This document shows, piece by piece, positions 19,742-30,433 of a stretch of DNA of 64,000 nt. Under the pieces are notes generated by a model. It was not told the DNA's origin, made no database searches, and saw only the letters and a program-made list of their open reading frames with translations. Position numbers and translations under genes: made by a program. Every line of letters begins with the position of its first letter. Position 1 is the first letter of the stretch. The stretch is from Rhodoglobus sp. (GTDB taxonomy: Bacteria; Actinomycetota; Actinomycetes; Actinomycetales; Microbacteriaceae): positions 95,165 through 159,164 of the forward strand of contig CBDIIE010000014.1 in NCBI GenBank assembly GCA_965279605.1, read 5' to 3'.

Positions 19742-21018
19742 CGGCGCCCCACCGAGTCGCCGGGCATCAGCCGTGCACCAAAGGCCGGCTGGACAACCTC
19801 GCCGTCACGGTCACGATCGGTCTGCCGCGCAAACGACAGGACCACGCCAATACCCAAGAGGTTCGCGATCAGGGCCGAGCCGCCGGCGGAGATCAACGGC
19901 AGCGGCACACCCAAAACGGGAAGCACACCCAGGACCACGGCGATGTTAACGAAGGCCTGGCCGATCACCCACACCATCACACCCGCGGTCGTGATGCGGG
20001 AAAAGGAATCACGCGAGCCACGGATGATCCGCACGAACGCGATCGCAAGAACAATAAACAGCAACAACACAACGGTTGCACCGACTAGCCCGAGTTCCTC
20101 GCCGATGATCGCGAAGATAAAGTCGCTTTCCGCGTGTGGCAGCCAGTTCCAGGCGGCCTTCGAGTTGCCGAGGCCCACCCCAAACATTCCCCCGTTGGCG
20201 AGGGCCCACGTGCCGTGGAGGACCTGCCAGCAGGTTCCCGAGTAGTCCTGCTCGGTGCAGCCGTTAAGCCACGTGCTGATTCGTGAACTGCGCGATGAAC
20301 TTGTCATGGCAAACATCGCGCCGAGGATGGCAATCACCGCGACCGAGAACAGGATAAATCGGAGCCGAACACCCGCGAAGTAGAGGCATCCGAGGACGAT
20401 CAAAATCATGATCATCGCCGTGCCGAGGTCGTTACCGATGAGCACAAAAAGGATGGCGATGCCCGCGACCGGAGCGATCGGGAGAGCGACATGCTTCCAG
20501 TCGCCGAGAAGATCCTGTTTGGTCGAGAGCACCCACGCGATCCAGACGATCAGCGCGATCTTCACGAACTCGGAGGGCTGGGCGTTCACTCCGCCGATGG
20601 AAATCCAGTTCTGGTTGCCGCCGTAACCCCAGCCGACGCCCGGGATGAAGACCAGCAACTGCAGGGCGCCGCCGACGAGCAGCGCGGGCCATGCCCAGCG
20701 CTTCCAGAAGCGTGGGGGCATCCGAGAGGCGACCAGCATGAGCGGGATTCCGATGACGGCGTACAGGGACTGACGGATGAACACACCAAAGGGGCTCGCA
20801 TCCGCCGAGATCTCCACCACAAACGACGAGGACAACACCATCACAAGTCCGAAGATCACCAGGAAAAGCGTGACACCGAGCAGGAGATAGTAGTTGCGGT
20901 GTTCCGCCGAGAACAGCTTGGCGAGTGGAACCCGGGCCGTGGCGGGTCGGCCGCGGTCAGGCGTCGGGGTGTGGTCCGGTCGCCTTCTCGCTGCCCCCGG
21001 GTGCGGCGTTGCTGTCAT
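19738..21018 (-). CDS. ftsW: SEDS peptidoglycan polymerase FtsW
   Basis: Multi-TM, QPSEFVK, LPHAESDFIFAIIGEELG, PLISAGGS; ATG after a GGAGG RBS. Confidence 0.95.
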   Translation of the reverse strand: MTATPHPGAARRRPDHTPTPDRGRPATARVPLAKLFSAEHRNYYLLLGVTLFLVIFGLVMVLSSSFVVEISADASPFGVFIRQSLYAVIGIPLMLVASRMPPRFWKRWAWPALLVGGALQLLVFIPGVGWGYGGNQNWISIGGVNAQPSEFVKIALIVWIAWVLSTKQDLLGDWKHVALPIAPVAGIAILFVLIGNDLGTAMIMILIVLGCLYFAGVRLRFILFSVAVIAILGAMFAMTSSSRSSRISTWLNGCTEQDYSGTCWQVLHGTWALANGGMFGVGLGNSKAAWNWLPHAESDFIFAIIGEELGLVGATVVLLLFIVLAIAFVRIIRGSRDSFSRITTAGVMVWVIGQAFVNIAVVLGVLPVLGVPLPLISAGGSALIANLLGIGVVLSFARQTDRDRDGEVVQPAFGARLMPGDSVGRR

Positions 21019-22504
21019 CGCCCACACCTCCCAGGTGGTCTCGTACCGCTGACGCGAAGCTGGTGCCCCGGTGCGCGTAATCCGTGAACTGGTCCATGGA
21101 TGCCGCTGCCGGTGCCAGCAGGACAACATCGCCCTCCCGGGCAACGGCCGCGGCAAACCGCACCGCATCCGGCATCACTTGCCTAGTTTCTGTCGCATCC
21201 ACCTCGAACAGCGGCACGTCGGGCGCGTGTCGTGCGAATGCCGCGAGCACGGGCTCGCGATCAACTCCGATCACGATTGCCGCCCTCAGGCGCGCTCCGT
21301 GCGTCGCTACGAGGTCGCTGACGTCCACTCCCTTGAGCAGTCCCCCCACGAGCCACACAACCGACGGGAACGAGGCAAGAGAGGCGTTCGCCGCATGGGG
21401 GTTTGTGGCCTTGGAGTCGTCGACCCACAGGATACCCTCCGCGGCGGCGATCGTCTCCGTGCGATGGTGGTCTACCTCGAAGCGGGCCAGCGCGTCGTGA
21501 ACCTGGCCCGCCGTGACACCACAGGCCCGCACCAGTGCGGCCGCCGCAAGCACGTTCGCTGCCATGTGGGGGGACGCGAGTCCGACCGCACGGAGCTCAT
21601 CGATCGTCGCCAGCTCCTGCGCGGCGTGGTAGCGATCGTCGTGGAACGCACGATCGACCAAGATGCCGTCGACAATTCCCAGGTCACTCGGGCCGGGAAC
21701 GCCGAGGCCAAAGCCAATCGCCCGGCAGCCCTCCTGAACGTCCGCCTCCTCGACCATGTGCATGGTCGCGGCGTCCGCAAGGTTGTAGACACACGCGAGG
21801 CGGGTGTTCGAGTACACCTTGGCCTTCGCTGCGGAATACGCCTCGCGTGATCCGTGCCAGTCGAGGTGGTCATCCGCCAGGTTCAGGCAGGTCGACGCGA
21901 TCGGATGCAAGGCTCCCGGTCCCGTGAGCGGAATCCAGTGCAGCTGGAAGCTCGAGAGCTCAACGACCAGGACATCAAAGCCGTCGGGGTGGCGGACCGC
22001 GTCAAGAACCGGGATCCCGATGTTGCCCACCGCGGCGGCGCGGCGGTCAGAATCGGCGAGGATGTGCGCGGCAAGCTGCGAGGTCGTCGTTTTTCCGTTT
22101 GTTCCCGTAACGAGAACCCAGTCGGCCGGTGGACTCACCTTGTCTCGAACGCGCCACGCGAGTTCGATGTCGCCCCAGACGGGGATGGTCTGCTGCTGCG
22201 CCCAGCGCAGGATGGCGTGATCGAGGGGGTAACCAGGAGACACCACAATGAGCTCTGGCGAGAACTGCACGAGCTCATCAGGCACCCGCGTCGAGTCGGG
22301 CTCCACAACAAGACGACCACCGATGACACCGAGCAGCTCGGCTCGTTGACCTTCGCCCGAGGCCGCGACCACCGTGACGTCAGAGCCCAACTCGATGAGG
22401 GTGTCGGCGACCGAAAATCCCGTGACACCAATCCCGAGGACGGCGACCCGCAGTCCCGCCCAGTCGGAGCTCCAGCTCGTCAGTGCGTCGAGGTCACGAG
22501 GCAC
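20957..22504 (-). CDS. murD: UDP-MurNAc-peptide--D-glutamate ligase MurD
   Basis: TGTNGKTT, ELSSFQL, DHLDWH, DDSKATN, LAPAAASMDQF. Confidence 0.95.
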   Translation of the reverse strand: MPRDLDALTSWSSDWAGLRVAVLGIGVTGFSVADTLIELGSDVTVVAASGEGQRAELLGVIGGRLVVEPDSTRVPDELVQFSPELIVVSPGYPLDHAILRWAQQQTIPVWGDIELAWRVRDKVSPPADWVLVTGTNGKTTTSQLAAHILADSDRRAAAVGNIGIPVLDAVRHPDGFDVLVVELSSFQLHWIPLTGPGALHPIASTCLNLADDHLDWHGSREAYSAAKAKVYSNTRLACVYNLADAATMHMVEEADVQEGCRAIGFGLGVPGPSDLGIVDGILVDRAFHDDRYHAAQELATIDELRAVGLASPHMAANVLAAAALVRACGVTAGQVHDALARFEVDHHRTETIAAAEGILWVDDSKATNPHAANASLASFPSVVWLVGGLLKGVDVSDLVATHGARLRAAIVIGVDREPVLAAFARHAPDVPLFEVDATETRQVMPDAVRFAAAVAREGDVVLLAPAAASMDQFTDYAHRGTSFASAVRDHLGGVGDDSNAAPGGSEKATGPHPDA

Positions 22505-23601
22505 TACTGGTTAACCCATTCGAGATAGAACAGCCCAACGCCCACGGCAACAAAGAGCGCCGAGATAAGCCAGAAGCGCACGACGACCGTGATCTCCGCC
22601 CACCCCTTCAGCTCAAAGTGGTGATGCAGCGGACTCATCAGGAAGATGCGTTTGCCCTTGGTGATCTTGAAGTAGGCACGCTGCAGGATGACGGACCCGG
22701 TAACAACCAGGAAGAGGCCACCGATCAGCACCAGGAGCAGCTCGGTTCGGCTCAGAATCGCCAGTGCGGCCAGCGCCCCTCCGAGGCCCAGCGAACCCGT
22801 GTCGCCCATAAATATCTGCGCGGGTGAGGTGTTCCACCAGAGGAAGCCAATGAGCGCCCCACAGATCGCGGCAGCAATGATCGCGAGATCCAGCGGGTCT
22901 CGCACCTCGTAACACTTGTTCGCGACATCCTCGTCGAGGTTGACGTTGAAGCACGACTGGTTGAACTGCCAGAAGCCGATAAAGATGTACGCCGAGATCG
23001 CAAAGATTGCCGCCCCCGAGGCGAGGCCGTCGAGGCCATCGGCGACATTCACGCCGTTGGACGCGCTGACAATAATCAGGGTCGCCCAGATGCCAAACAG
23101 GATGAACCCGCTCACGGTTCCAAAAGCCGCGAGATCAAGCCAGTGGATGTCTCGGATCGCCGAGATCATCGTGGATGCGGGGGTCAGACCGTTCGAGTCA
23201 GGGAAGTTGAGCGCAAGTGCGGCAAAGCCGCCCGCCACAATCACCTGCCCCAGGATCTTTGACCATCCGCCAAGGCCCAGGCTGCGCTGCTTGCGCGTCT
23301 TGAGGAAGTCATCGACAAATCCGATGATGCCCAGACCCACCATCAGATAGATGACCAGGAGTCCGGAGATCCCGGGTGCCTCTCCGACAACCCAGTGACC
23401 GACGAAGTACCCCAGGACGGCACCCGAGATAAACACGATGCCGCCCATGGTGGGTGTACCACGCTTGGTGTGGTGAGACTGCGGACCGTCATCCCGAATG
23501 AACTGACCCCACTTGAGCCGAATGAAGAGTCGGATGAACAGCGGGGTGAGCAACAGGGAGAACGCCAGCGCCACGGCGCCGGCAACCAGAAGGGGTATCA
23601 C
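22504..23601 (-). CDS. mraY: Phospho-MurNAc-pentapeptide transferase
   Basis: [37 protein letters not shown]. Confidence 0.97.
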   Translation of the reverse strand: MIPLLVAGAVALAFSLLLTPLFIRLFIRLKWGQFIRDDGPQSHHTKRGTPTMGGIVFISGAVLGYFVGHWVVGEAPGISGLLVIYLMVGLGIIGFVDDFLKTRKQRSLGLGGWSKILGQVIVAGGFAALALNFPDSNGLTPASTMISAIRDIHWLDLAAFGTVSGFILFGIWATLIIVSASNGVNVADGLDGLASGAAIFAISAYIFIGFWQFNQSCFNVNLDEDVANKCYEVRDPLDLAIIAAAICGALIGFLWWNTSPAQIFMGDTGSLGLGGALAALAILSRTELLLVLIGGLFLVVTGSVILQRAYFKITKGKRIFLMSPLHHHFELKGWAEITVVVRFWLISALFVAVGVGLFYLEWVNQ

Positions 23602-25004
23602 TCGGTCACCCCGGCAATACGATCGCCCAAGAACCGAAGTCCCGCAGAGCCCGAGGATTTCACCAGCACAACATCACCCTCGCGCAGTTCGTCACGCAGC
23701 ACATCGTAAGCCTCATCCGCGGTGCCCACGAGCACCGACTCTCCATCCCAGGAGCCCTCGAGGCCCGCGGCATTGTGGATGTGGCGCGCCGCGTGGCCGA
23801 CAACAACCAGCTTGTGGATGTTGAGGCGGACGATCAAACGCCCGATTCGATCGTGTTCCTCATCCGCGTACTCCCCCAGCTCGGCCATCTCCCCCAGTAC
23901 GGCAACCGATCGTTCATTCGGACCAACAACCTGGGCGAGTGTCTTGAGGGCCGCCGCCATCGAGTCTGGGCTCGCGTTGTAGGCGTCGTTGATGACCACA
24001 ACACCGTCCTCGCGTGGCTGAACCTCCATCCGCCACCGCGCCGCACGTGCCAAAGTCTCAAGGGCGGGAACCGAGCGCTCGAGGGGCACACCCAGGGCAC
24101 GGCTCGCGGCCAGGGAAGCCAGTGCGTTCATTACGTGATGCTCGCCCAGAATGCGCAGTTGCACTCGTCGGGTCTCGCCGTCCGCGTGAAGCGTAAACGC
24201 CGTGCCTGTTGCCGTTGCCTCGATGTCACTCGCCCACAGGTCGGACCCCTCTTCCAGGCCGAACCACACGACCGAGGCACGGGTGATGCCCGCCATGCGG
24301 GCCACCCTGTGGTCGTCCGCGTTGAGTACGGCGGTAGCCGTGCTGGGGAGGTCGACAACCATCTCCGACTTTGCGCGCTCGACCGCGTCGGGCCCGCCGA
24401 ATTCGCCCACGTGGGCAAGTCCCACCTTGAGCACAATTCCGACGTCGGGGGTCACAATCGAGATCAGGGACGAGATCTCGCCAATCGCGCTCGCGCCCAT
24501 TTCCACGACGAGGAAGCGTGTGTCGTGAGTTACGCCCAGCATCGAGATGGGCGCACCCACGTGATTGTTAAACGACCCAAACGGCGACACCGTCGACCCC
24601 TCGGCCTCCAAGATCGTCCGCAGCATGTTCTTGGTCGTGGTTTTGCCGTTGGACCCGGTGACAGCGACGACCTTGAGCTGGCCACCGGCGCGAACCCGAG
24701 CGACAACGTCGCGGGCCAGCGCCGCCAGCGCCGCCACACCATCCGACACAACCACCTGGCTCACGGTCACGTCCAGACGGCGCTCGACGATGAGCAACAC
24801 TGCCCCGTTCTCGATCGCGGCCGGCGCGAACAGGTGGCCGTCGGTGACCTCACCGGGCAGAGCGAAAAAGATCGCTCCGGGGGTCACCTTGCGCGAGTCG
24901 GTGTGGGCATCTCCCGAGACCACGGTGGTGGGTTCATCGTGGCCACCAAGAACAAGCTCACCACCCAGTGTTGCCGCGAGGTCCGCGAGCGTCAGCCCAA
25001 TCAT
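23598..25004 (-). CDS. murF: MurF ligase
   Basis: [38 protein letters not shown]. Confidence 0.95.
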   Translation of the reverse strand: MIGLTLADLAATLGGELVLGGHDEPTTVVSGDAHTDSRKVTPGAIFFALPGEVTDGHLFAPAAIENGAVLLIVERRLDVTVSQVVVSDGVAALAALARDVVARVRAGGQLKVVAVTGSNGKTTTKNMLRTILEAEGSTVSPFGSFNNHVGAPISMLGVTHDTRFLVVEMGASAIGEISSLISIVTPDVGIVLKVGLAHVGEFGGPDAVERAKSEMVVDLPSTATAVLNADDHRVARMAGITRASVVWFGLEEGSDLWASDIEATATGTAFTLHADGETRRVQLRILGEHHVMNALASLAASRALGVPLERSVPALETLARAARWRMEVQPREDGVVVINDAYNASPDSMAAALKTLAQVVGPNERSVAVLGEMAELGEYADEEHDRIGRLIVRLNIHKLVVVGHAARHIHNAAGLEGSWDGESVLVGTADEAYDVLRDELREGDVVLVKSSGSAGLRFLGDRIAGVTE

Positions 25005-26545
25005 GTCCAGCCTGCCTCTCGAAGCGCGTTGCGTGCTTCCTCGCGCGCGTCAAAGGGCAGCTTCTGCCCCTGAACGTCGATGTAGTTCTCGTGCCCCGGA
25101 CCCGCCCAGAGGATGCCGTCACCCTCCCGTGCGAGCGATACTGCGAGCCGGATGGCGTCCCGTTGGGACGGCACCTCGTGAATCTCGGCGGGATGCTCGG
25201 CACTGGCCGCGCCCGTCAGCAGCGACGCTCGGATGAGATGGGGATCCTCGAACCGAGGGTTGTAGTCGGTCACCACGAGGATGTCGGAATCCTCCGACGA
25301 GATGCGCCCCATCTCCTCGCGCTTGCCCGTGTCGCGGTCACCATCAGCGCCGAACACCATAATCACGCGGCCCGGAACAACACGCCGCACCGCCGCGATG
25401 GTCACGGCAAAAGCATCCGGACTGTGCCCGTAGTCCACGAACAAGGCTGGCCCACGCGCTCCCGAAATGCGCTCGACCCGACCGGGCAACCGTGCAATGA
25501 TCTCGCCGTCGCGTTCGAGCACGTGTCCAATGACGTCGAGCTCAAACCCGGCCTCGACGAGCATCACGATCGCCAGCCCCGCGTTGGCGGCCATGTGTTG
25601 GCCAACCACGGTCACTCGAGTTGTCAGAGTGCGTCCACCCGGACCACTCAGCGTGAACTCGGTGTACTCGATGCGTTCGTCGAGGACTCGGACCGTCCAA
25701 TCGGCCTCAGTGTCCGGGAGTGACGCAATTGTTGTCACCGGAATGTGGCAGGCGTCAACGACTCGCTGGCCCCAGGGTGTGTCGAGGCTCACTACCGCGC
25801 GTCGGGCACGATCCGCGGCAAAGAGGGGCAGCTTCGCCGCGAAGTACTCCTCCATGGTCGCGTAGTCGTCGAGATGGTCACGGCTCAGGTTGAGAAAGCC
25901 CACGACGTCGAACACCAAACCATCAACCCGACGACGGGTGAGTGCCTGAGCGCTCACCTCGAGTGTGACCGCACGAACCTCGCTCTCCCGCATTCGAGCG
26001 AGGAGCCCATGGATTTCCGTCGCCTCGGGGGTGGTGAGGTCGCTCGTGACGGCCACCGAGCCAATGGCGCGTTCCGCGGTTGTGCTGAGACCCGCAACGA
26101 GCCCGAGTTGCGTCAGGATTCCGTGGATCAGGTACGACACGCTTGTTTTTCCGTTGGTGCCAGTCACGCCGAGCATCAGCGGTGCGGCCTCGGCCGTTCG
26201 GTAAACCCACGCCGCGATGTCGCCCAGAGCGTCACGCGGGGATTCCACAACAACCACGGGCAGGCCGACGTCGGCCGCGAGCTCGGCGCCTCGCGCATCG
26301 GTCAACAAGGCAACGGCGCCCTTGTCCCGCGCGTCAGCCGCAAGGGTCGCGCCGTGCCGGTGGGCGCCGGCGAGACCAACGAACAGGTCTCCGGGGAGAA
26401 CCGAACGACTGTCCAGGGTGATGCCCGTGACTTCCACGTCATCGATGTCGCCAGCGCTGCTGAGGCCAAACTCGCTCACCAGCGTCGCGAGGGGTCGGGC
26501 TACCGGGTGCTCGGGGCGAAGAATTGAACTGTCGCCGTCCCGCAC
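25001..26545 (-). CDS. murE: MurE ligase
   Basis: TGTNGKTS, TTPEA, EVSAQAL, NLSRDHLD, DYGHSPD, FGADGDRD; specificity motif reads DYNPR. Confidence 0.93.
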   Translation of the reverse strand: MRDGDSSILRPEHPVARPLATLVSEFGLSSAGDIDDVEVTGITLDSRSVLPGDLFVGLAGAHRHGATLAADARDKGAVALLTDARGAELAADVGLPVVVVESPRDALGDIAAWVYRTAEAAPLMLGVTGTNGKTSVSYLIHGILTQLGLVAGLSTTAERAIGSVAVTSDLTTPEATEIHGLLARMRESEVRAVTLEVSAQALTRRRVDGLVFDVVGFLNLSRDHLDDYATMEEYFAAKLPLFAADRARRAVVSLDTPWGQRVVDACHIPVTTIASLPDTEADWTVRVLDERIEYTEFTLSGPGGRTLTTRVTVVGQHMAANAGLAIVMLVEAGFELDVIGHVLERDGEIIARLPGRVERISGARGPALFVDYGHSPDAFAVTIAAVRRVVPGRVIMVFGADGDRDTGKREEMGRISSEDSDILVVTDYNPRFEDPHLIRASLLTGAASAEHPAEIHEVPSQRDAIRLAVSLAREGDGILWAGPGHENYIDVQGQKLPFDAREEARNALREAGWT

Positions 26546-26572
26546 TCAGTCCTCCTCAAGGGTTTACGTGCC

Positions 26573-28306
26573 TCACCACGTCAGGGGAAGTGACGGGGAC
26601 GGCTGTCCCGACGGCACCACCCGGAACGTCGTGAGCGTCTGGGCCATGACGTCATGGAACGTCGTCGCGATTGCCGTGGAGTTATACATGCTACTGGGGA
26701 TGCCCGCCGTGACGACAACAACGTACTGCGGGTCCTCCGCCGGAGCGAGGCCCGCGAACGAGATGACCGACTTGTCTCCGTACACGCCGTTCTCCGCGAC
26801 CTCTGCCGTTCCACTCTTGGCGGCAATGCGGTAACCCGGGATCGAGAGCAGTGGGCTATTGCCTCCCACCGAGACGACGCTCTCCATCATGTCGAGGGTC
26901 TGGCGAGCCGCGTCCTCGGAGATCACCCGTGTGCTCTCCCCCGACGGCAGATCGGTCATGGTGCCGTCCGGCTGCTCACATCCCTCGACAAGAACCACGG
27001 GCGAACGAACTCCCCCATTGCCCAGGGCTTGGTAGGCGCTGGCCAACTGAACCGAGGTCAGCGTGAGCCCCTGCCCAAACTGCACGGCGTAGTTGGTCAG
27101 CTCGTCCCAGTCTTGCGTGGGGTGGACCGTTCCCTCGGCCTCGCCCACAAAGCCCACATCGGTGGTGGCGTTGAGACCAAATTTGAGCATGTAGTCGCGT
27201 CGGGTCTCTGCATCCAGCCCACCCGAGAGAATCGAGAAGGCCGTGTTTGACGAGTCAACAAGAGCGCCGGCGAGGGTGTAGTTGATGTCGTCGTGAGCCC
27301 ACGCATCCTTGATGTAGGAACCGTTGGACAGGTAAATGCGACCGGGAGCGGCGACCTGAGTTCCCGGAGACGCGACACCCGCATCGATCAGCGATGCGGC
27401 GGTCAACGCCTTCATCGTCGAGCCCGGCTCGTATGGCCAGCTGAACGCACGCGAGCCCAGGGCATCCCGTCGCGCCAGGCTCGGGTCATTGGGGTCCACG
27501 GTCGGGTAGTCGACCACGGCCATCAGGTGCCCGTCGCTCACCCGAAGAACAACGGCGGTGGCCCACTCCGCACCCAGCTCGTTGTAGGTCTGAGCCATCC
27601 GCTGCTGAACAAAAAACTGAAGGTCGCGGTCGATCGTCAGGTGAAGGGTGCCGCCGTTCTCGGGCTCCTGCGTCGTGACCATACTCCCCGGAAGACGGGT
27701 GCCGTCTTCGCCCTTCTCGTACGTCGCGGTGCCATTGGTGGCCGCGAGGCACTCGTCCTCGCCGAGTTCGAGGCCGGCCTGTGGGCCGTCAGTTCCGATG
27801 AACCCCACGAGGTTGCCCGCGAGTTCTCCGTTGGGGTAGGTGCGGCTGGGGCGGAGCTCAAAGTAGACCCACGGAATGTCCAGGGCCCGCACTGTCTGGA
27901 AGACGTCGAGGGTCACGCCCTGAGTCAAGTACGCAAAGTCGGAGTCCGGGTTGGCAGTGAGGACGGCCATCAAGGCGTTGGGGTCTTGCTGTGTGATCGC
28001 GGCGATCGCGGCCAGTTCCTCGGCCACCACGGTTGCCGCGTTCTGCCGAGAGAGTGCACTCTTCGGCGATGCGGTGATGTCGTAGCGGTCGACGCTGTTG
28101 GCGAGGACCGCACCGTTCGTGTCAACAATGTCGCCGCGCACGCCGTAGGTGACGAGTTCTTGGGCGCGCTTCTCCAGCGCCTCGGCGTTGAGCTCGTCCG
28201 CCTGCACGAGCTGAATGTCAACGAGGCGAAAGATGAAGACGGCAACAACGGCGAAGATCGCGAGGACCGCAAGCGTGATGCGTGCGCGGCTGCGTCGAGA
28301 TCTCAT
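26573..28306 (-). CDS. ftsI: Class B penicillin-binding protein FtsI
   Basis: RGDIVDTNG, EPGSTMK (SxxK), SSN (SxN), KSG; ATG at 28306 after an AGAGG RBS, within the merged 26573..28909 ORF. Confidence 0.92.
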   Translation of the reverse strand: MRSRRSRARITLAVLAIFAVVAVFIFRLVDIQLVQADELNAEALEKRAQELVTYGVRGDIVDTNGAVLANSVDRYDITASPKSALSRQNAATVVAEELAAIAAITQQDPNALMAVLTANPDSDFAYLTQGVTLDVFQTVRALDIPWVYFELRPSRTYPNGELAGNLVGFIGTDGPQAGLELGEDECLAATNGTATYEKGEDGTRLPGSMVTTQEPENGGTLHLTIDRDLQFFVQQRMAQTYNELGAEWATAVVLRVSDGHLMAVVDYPTVDPNDPSLARRDALGSRAFSWPYEPGSTMKALTAASLIDAGVASPGTQVAAPGRIYLSNGSYIKDAWAHDDINYTLAGALVDSSNTAFSILSGGLDAETRRDYMLKFGLNATTDVGFVGEAEGTVHPTQDWDELTNYAVQFGQGLTLTSVQLASAYQALGNGGVRSPVVLVEGCEQPDGTMTDLPSGESTRVISEDAARQTLDMMESVVSVGGNSPLLSIPGYRIAAKSGTAEVAENGVYGDKSVISFAGLAPAEDPQYVVVVTAGIPSSMYNSTAIATTFHDVMAQTLTTFRVVPSGQPSPSLPLTW

Positions 28307-28319
28307 GGGTGTGCCTCTT

Positions 28320-28909
28320 CTAGTGCGTGACCGGTGCGGGAAGCGTGTCGACGGGTCCCTGCGGAGCGGGGGGCGTCGTGTTCGGTGTGGTCGTTGTGGT
28401 GGGTGTTGTTGTCGACTGTGCCGCTGTCGGCTGCTGCGTCTGAGGCGACACGAGGGAAGACCGGTCAAGAGCGAATTGGCAACGAGGTTGCAGGCACCGC
28501 CACATCCCACCCGATCCACGGTCCCTGGAGCCAACGCGACTCCGCCCGTGCTGACGTCGAGGAAGATGGGGCTCGCGCCGGGCACCATTCCCAGATTGGC
28601 GGCGTTCGCGGAGAGGTACTGGGTTGACCCGAGTAGGTCCAGCGACTCGCTCAGAGCCTCCTGCTCACGGAGCAGCTCTTTCTGCTGAGCCTGAAGCGCA
28701 TCGATCCGATAGGCCCCGTCCGACACCACGATGCTCAGCAGCAACTGGGCGGCAAAGATCGCAAAGAGGCTCGCCACGGTGACGATTGCGTACGTGACGC
28801 GGGGCCGGGCCCGACGCTGTTCGCGTGTCGGGACGACCTCGATGTGCCGAGGATGCTCGGGCGCGTGATCCGGCCTGGCCTGCGGGCGCGCATAGGCGAG
28901 ATTGCTCAT
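28320..28909 (-). pseudogene. ftsL: FtsL-like cell division protein; one-base deletion as written makes it read into ftsI
   Basis: TM helix plus coiled coil plus LGMV motif between rsmH and ftsI; natural Thr/Pro tail ending LPAPVTH* lies in another frame after 28454-28456. Confidence 0.75.
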
Positions 28910-29856
28910 GCCACCCTCCTCAGTCGCTCGGCGGCACGGAGTCGCACCGGGGCGGACCGAGGATTGGCCAACTTTTCCTCGTCGGAGGCAAGCTCGGCAC
29001 CGCGCACCAAGAGGGCAAACTCGGGACGATGCTCGGGAAGCTCCACCGGCAGGCCCGCCGGAGCGGTCGAGACCGAGCGCGACTGCAGCGCACGCTTGAC
29101 GATGCGGTCCTCGAGGGACTGGTACGACATCACGACAATGCGCCCTCCGATGGCCAGCGCCTCCAGTGCGGCGGGAATCGCTCGCTCCAAGACGGCAAGT
29201 TCCTGGTTCACCTCGATCCGAAGCGCTTGGAACACACGTTTTGCCGGGTGACCTGCGCGCTGAGCGGCGGCCGGCGTCGCGGCGCTGATCAGCTCGACCA
29301 ACTCGGCCGATGTCGTCAGGGGATGCTCGTCGCGGCGCTGCACAATACGCGAGGCGAAGCGAGGCGCGAGCTTCTCGTCGCCGTAGTCGTAGAAGATCCG
29401 GCGAAGTTCGCCCTCGCTGTAGGTCGCGAGGATCGTCGCCGCGGTGCGCTCGCTGGTGGCATCCATCCGCATGTCAAGCGGAGCGTCCTTCGAGTACGAA
29501 AAGCCTCGCTCGACGCGGTCGAGTTGAAGTGATGACACCCCGAGGTCGAACAGGATGCCGTTGATCTCGGCGATACCGAGGTCGGCGAGCACCCGTCCCA
29601 CCTCGTCATAGACCGCGTGAGCGAGGTGAACTCGGTCACCGAACCGCGCGAGGCGGTCCCGGGCAATCCCGAGTGCGTCGGTGTCCCGGTCGATGCCGAC
29701 CAGCGTCAGGAGCGGGAATCGCTCGAGCAGTGCCTCCGAGTGGCCGCCCATTCCGAGGGTGGCGTCGACAACAATTGCGCCCTCCTGCGCGAGCGCAGGA
29801 GAAAGCAGCTCGATGCAGCGCTCGAGCATCACGGGGGTATGAATCTGGTTGCTCAT
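28906..29856 (-). CDS. rsmH: 16S rRNA m4C1402 methyltransferase RsmH (MraW)
   Basis: HTPVM, DATLGMGGHS, DLGVSSLQLD, PLDMRMD, RVFQALRIEVN, YQSLEDRIVK. Confidence 0.97.
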   Translation of the reverse strand: MSNQIHTPVMLERCIELLSPALAQEGAIVVDATLGMGGHSEALLERFPLLTLVGIDRDTDALGIARDRLARFGDRVHLAHAVYDEVGRVLADLGIAEINGILFDLGVSSLQLDRVERGFSYSKDAPLDMRMDATSERTAATILATYSEGELRRIFYDYGDEKLAPRFASRIVQRRDEHPLTTSAELVELISAATPAAAQRAGHPAKRVFQALRIEVNQELAVLERAIPAALEALAIGGRIVVMSYQSLEDRIVKRALQSRSVSTAPAGLPVELPEHRPEFALLVRGAELASDEEKLANPRSAPVRLRAAERLRRVA

Positions 29857-29872
29857 GATGATCTGGACCAGT

Positions 29873-29955
29873 TCCCTGGTGCTGATCCCCATCCGGTACG
29901 ACCTGGCGTCGGGGAAGTACGTCAGGGCCTGCCGGCTGGGAGTCAGCACCAGGGA
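29873..29955 (-). ncRNA. mraW RNA motif (cis-acting hairpin upstream of rsmH)
   Basis: Long stem UCCCUGGUGCUGA...UCAGCACCAGGGA with a CUUCCCC terminal loop (29911-29917), in the mraZ-rsmH spacer, matching the described actinobacterial motif. Confidence 0.8.
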
Positions 29956-29958
29956 TCT

Positions 29959-30390
29959 TTAGAAGAGTCCGGGGATCACCTCCTCCGTGGTGTTCACGAA
30001 GTCGGACTCTGCGCTCTCGTAGTAGGCGTTCCACGCCTCGGTGTCCCAAATCTCCGCGCGGTTACCCGCGCCAATAACCGTGAGCTCGCGGTCGAGTCCC
30101 GCGTACTCCCGAAGCCCCTGGGGAATCGTCACGCGGTGCTGCTTGTCGGGAGTCTCCTGGTTCGCGCCAGACAAGAACAGACGCAAGAAGTCGCGTGCCT
30201 GTTTGCTCGTGACCGGCGCCTGACGAATCTTCTCGTGCAGCGACTCAAACTCACGCTGGCTAAAGACGTAGAGGCACCGCTCCTGTCCACGGGTCACAAC
30301 AACACCGGAGGCCAGCTCATCCCAGAACTTCGCCGGAAGGATGATCCGCCCCTTGTCGTCGAGCTTCGGGGAATAGGTGCCAAGAAACAC
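29959..30390 (-). CDS. mraZ: Division/cell wall cluster transcriptional repressor MraZ
   Basis: [18 protein letters not shown] and DKQHRVTIP AbrB-like repeats, GAGNRAEIW. Confidence 0.97.
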   Translation of the reverse strand: MFLGTYSPKLDDKGRIILPAKFWDELASGVVVTRGQERCLYVFSQREFESLHEKIRQAPVTSKQARDFLRLFLSGANQETPDKQHRVTIPQGLREYAGLDRELTVIGAGNRAEIWDTEAWNAYYESAESDFVNTTEEVIPGLF

Positions 30391-30433
30391 GTCAGGCACT
30401 CCCCTCATACTCCGGCCCGGATTCAGGTAACCT

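Noticed and set aside
28370-28440. GTT/GTG low-complexity tract as a simple sequence repeat or phase-variation site
   Set aside because: It encodes the Thr/Pro-rich FtsL tail and is not a pure repeat
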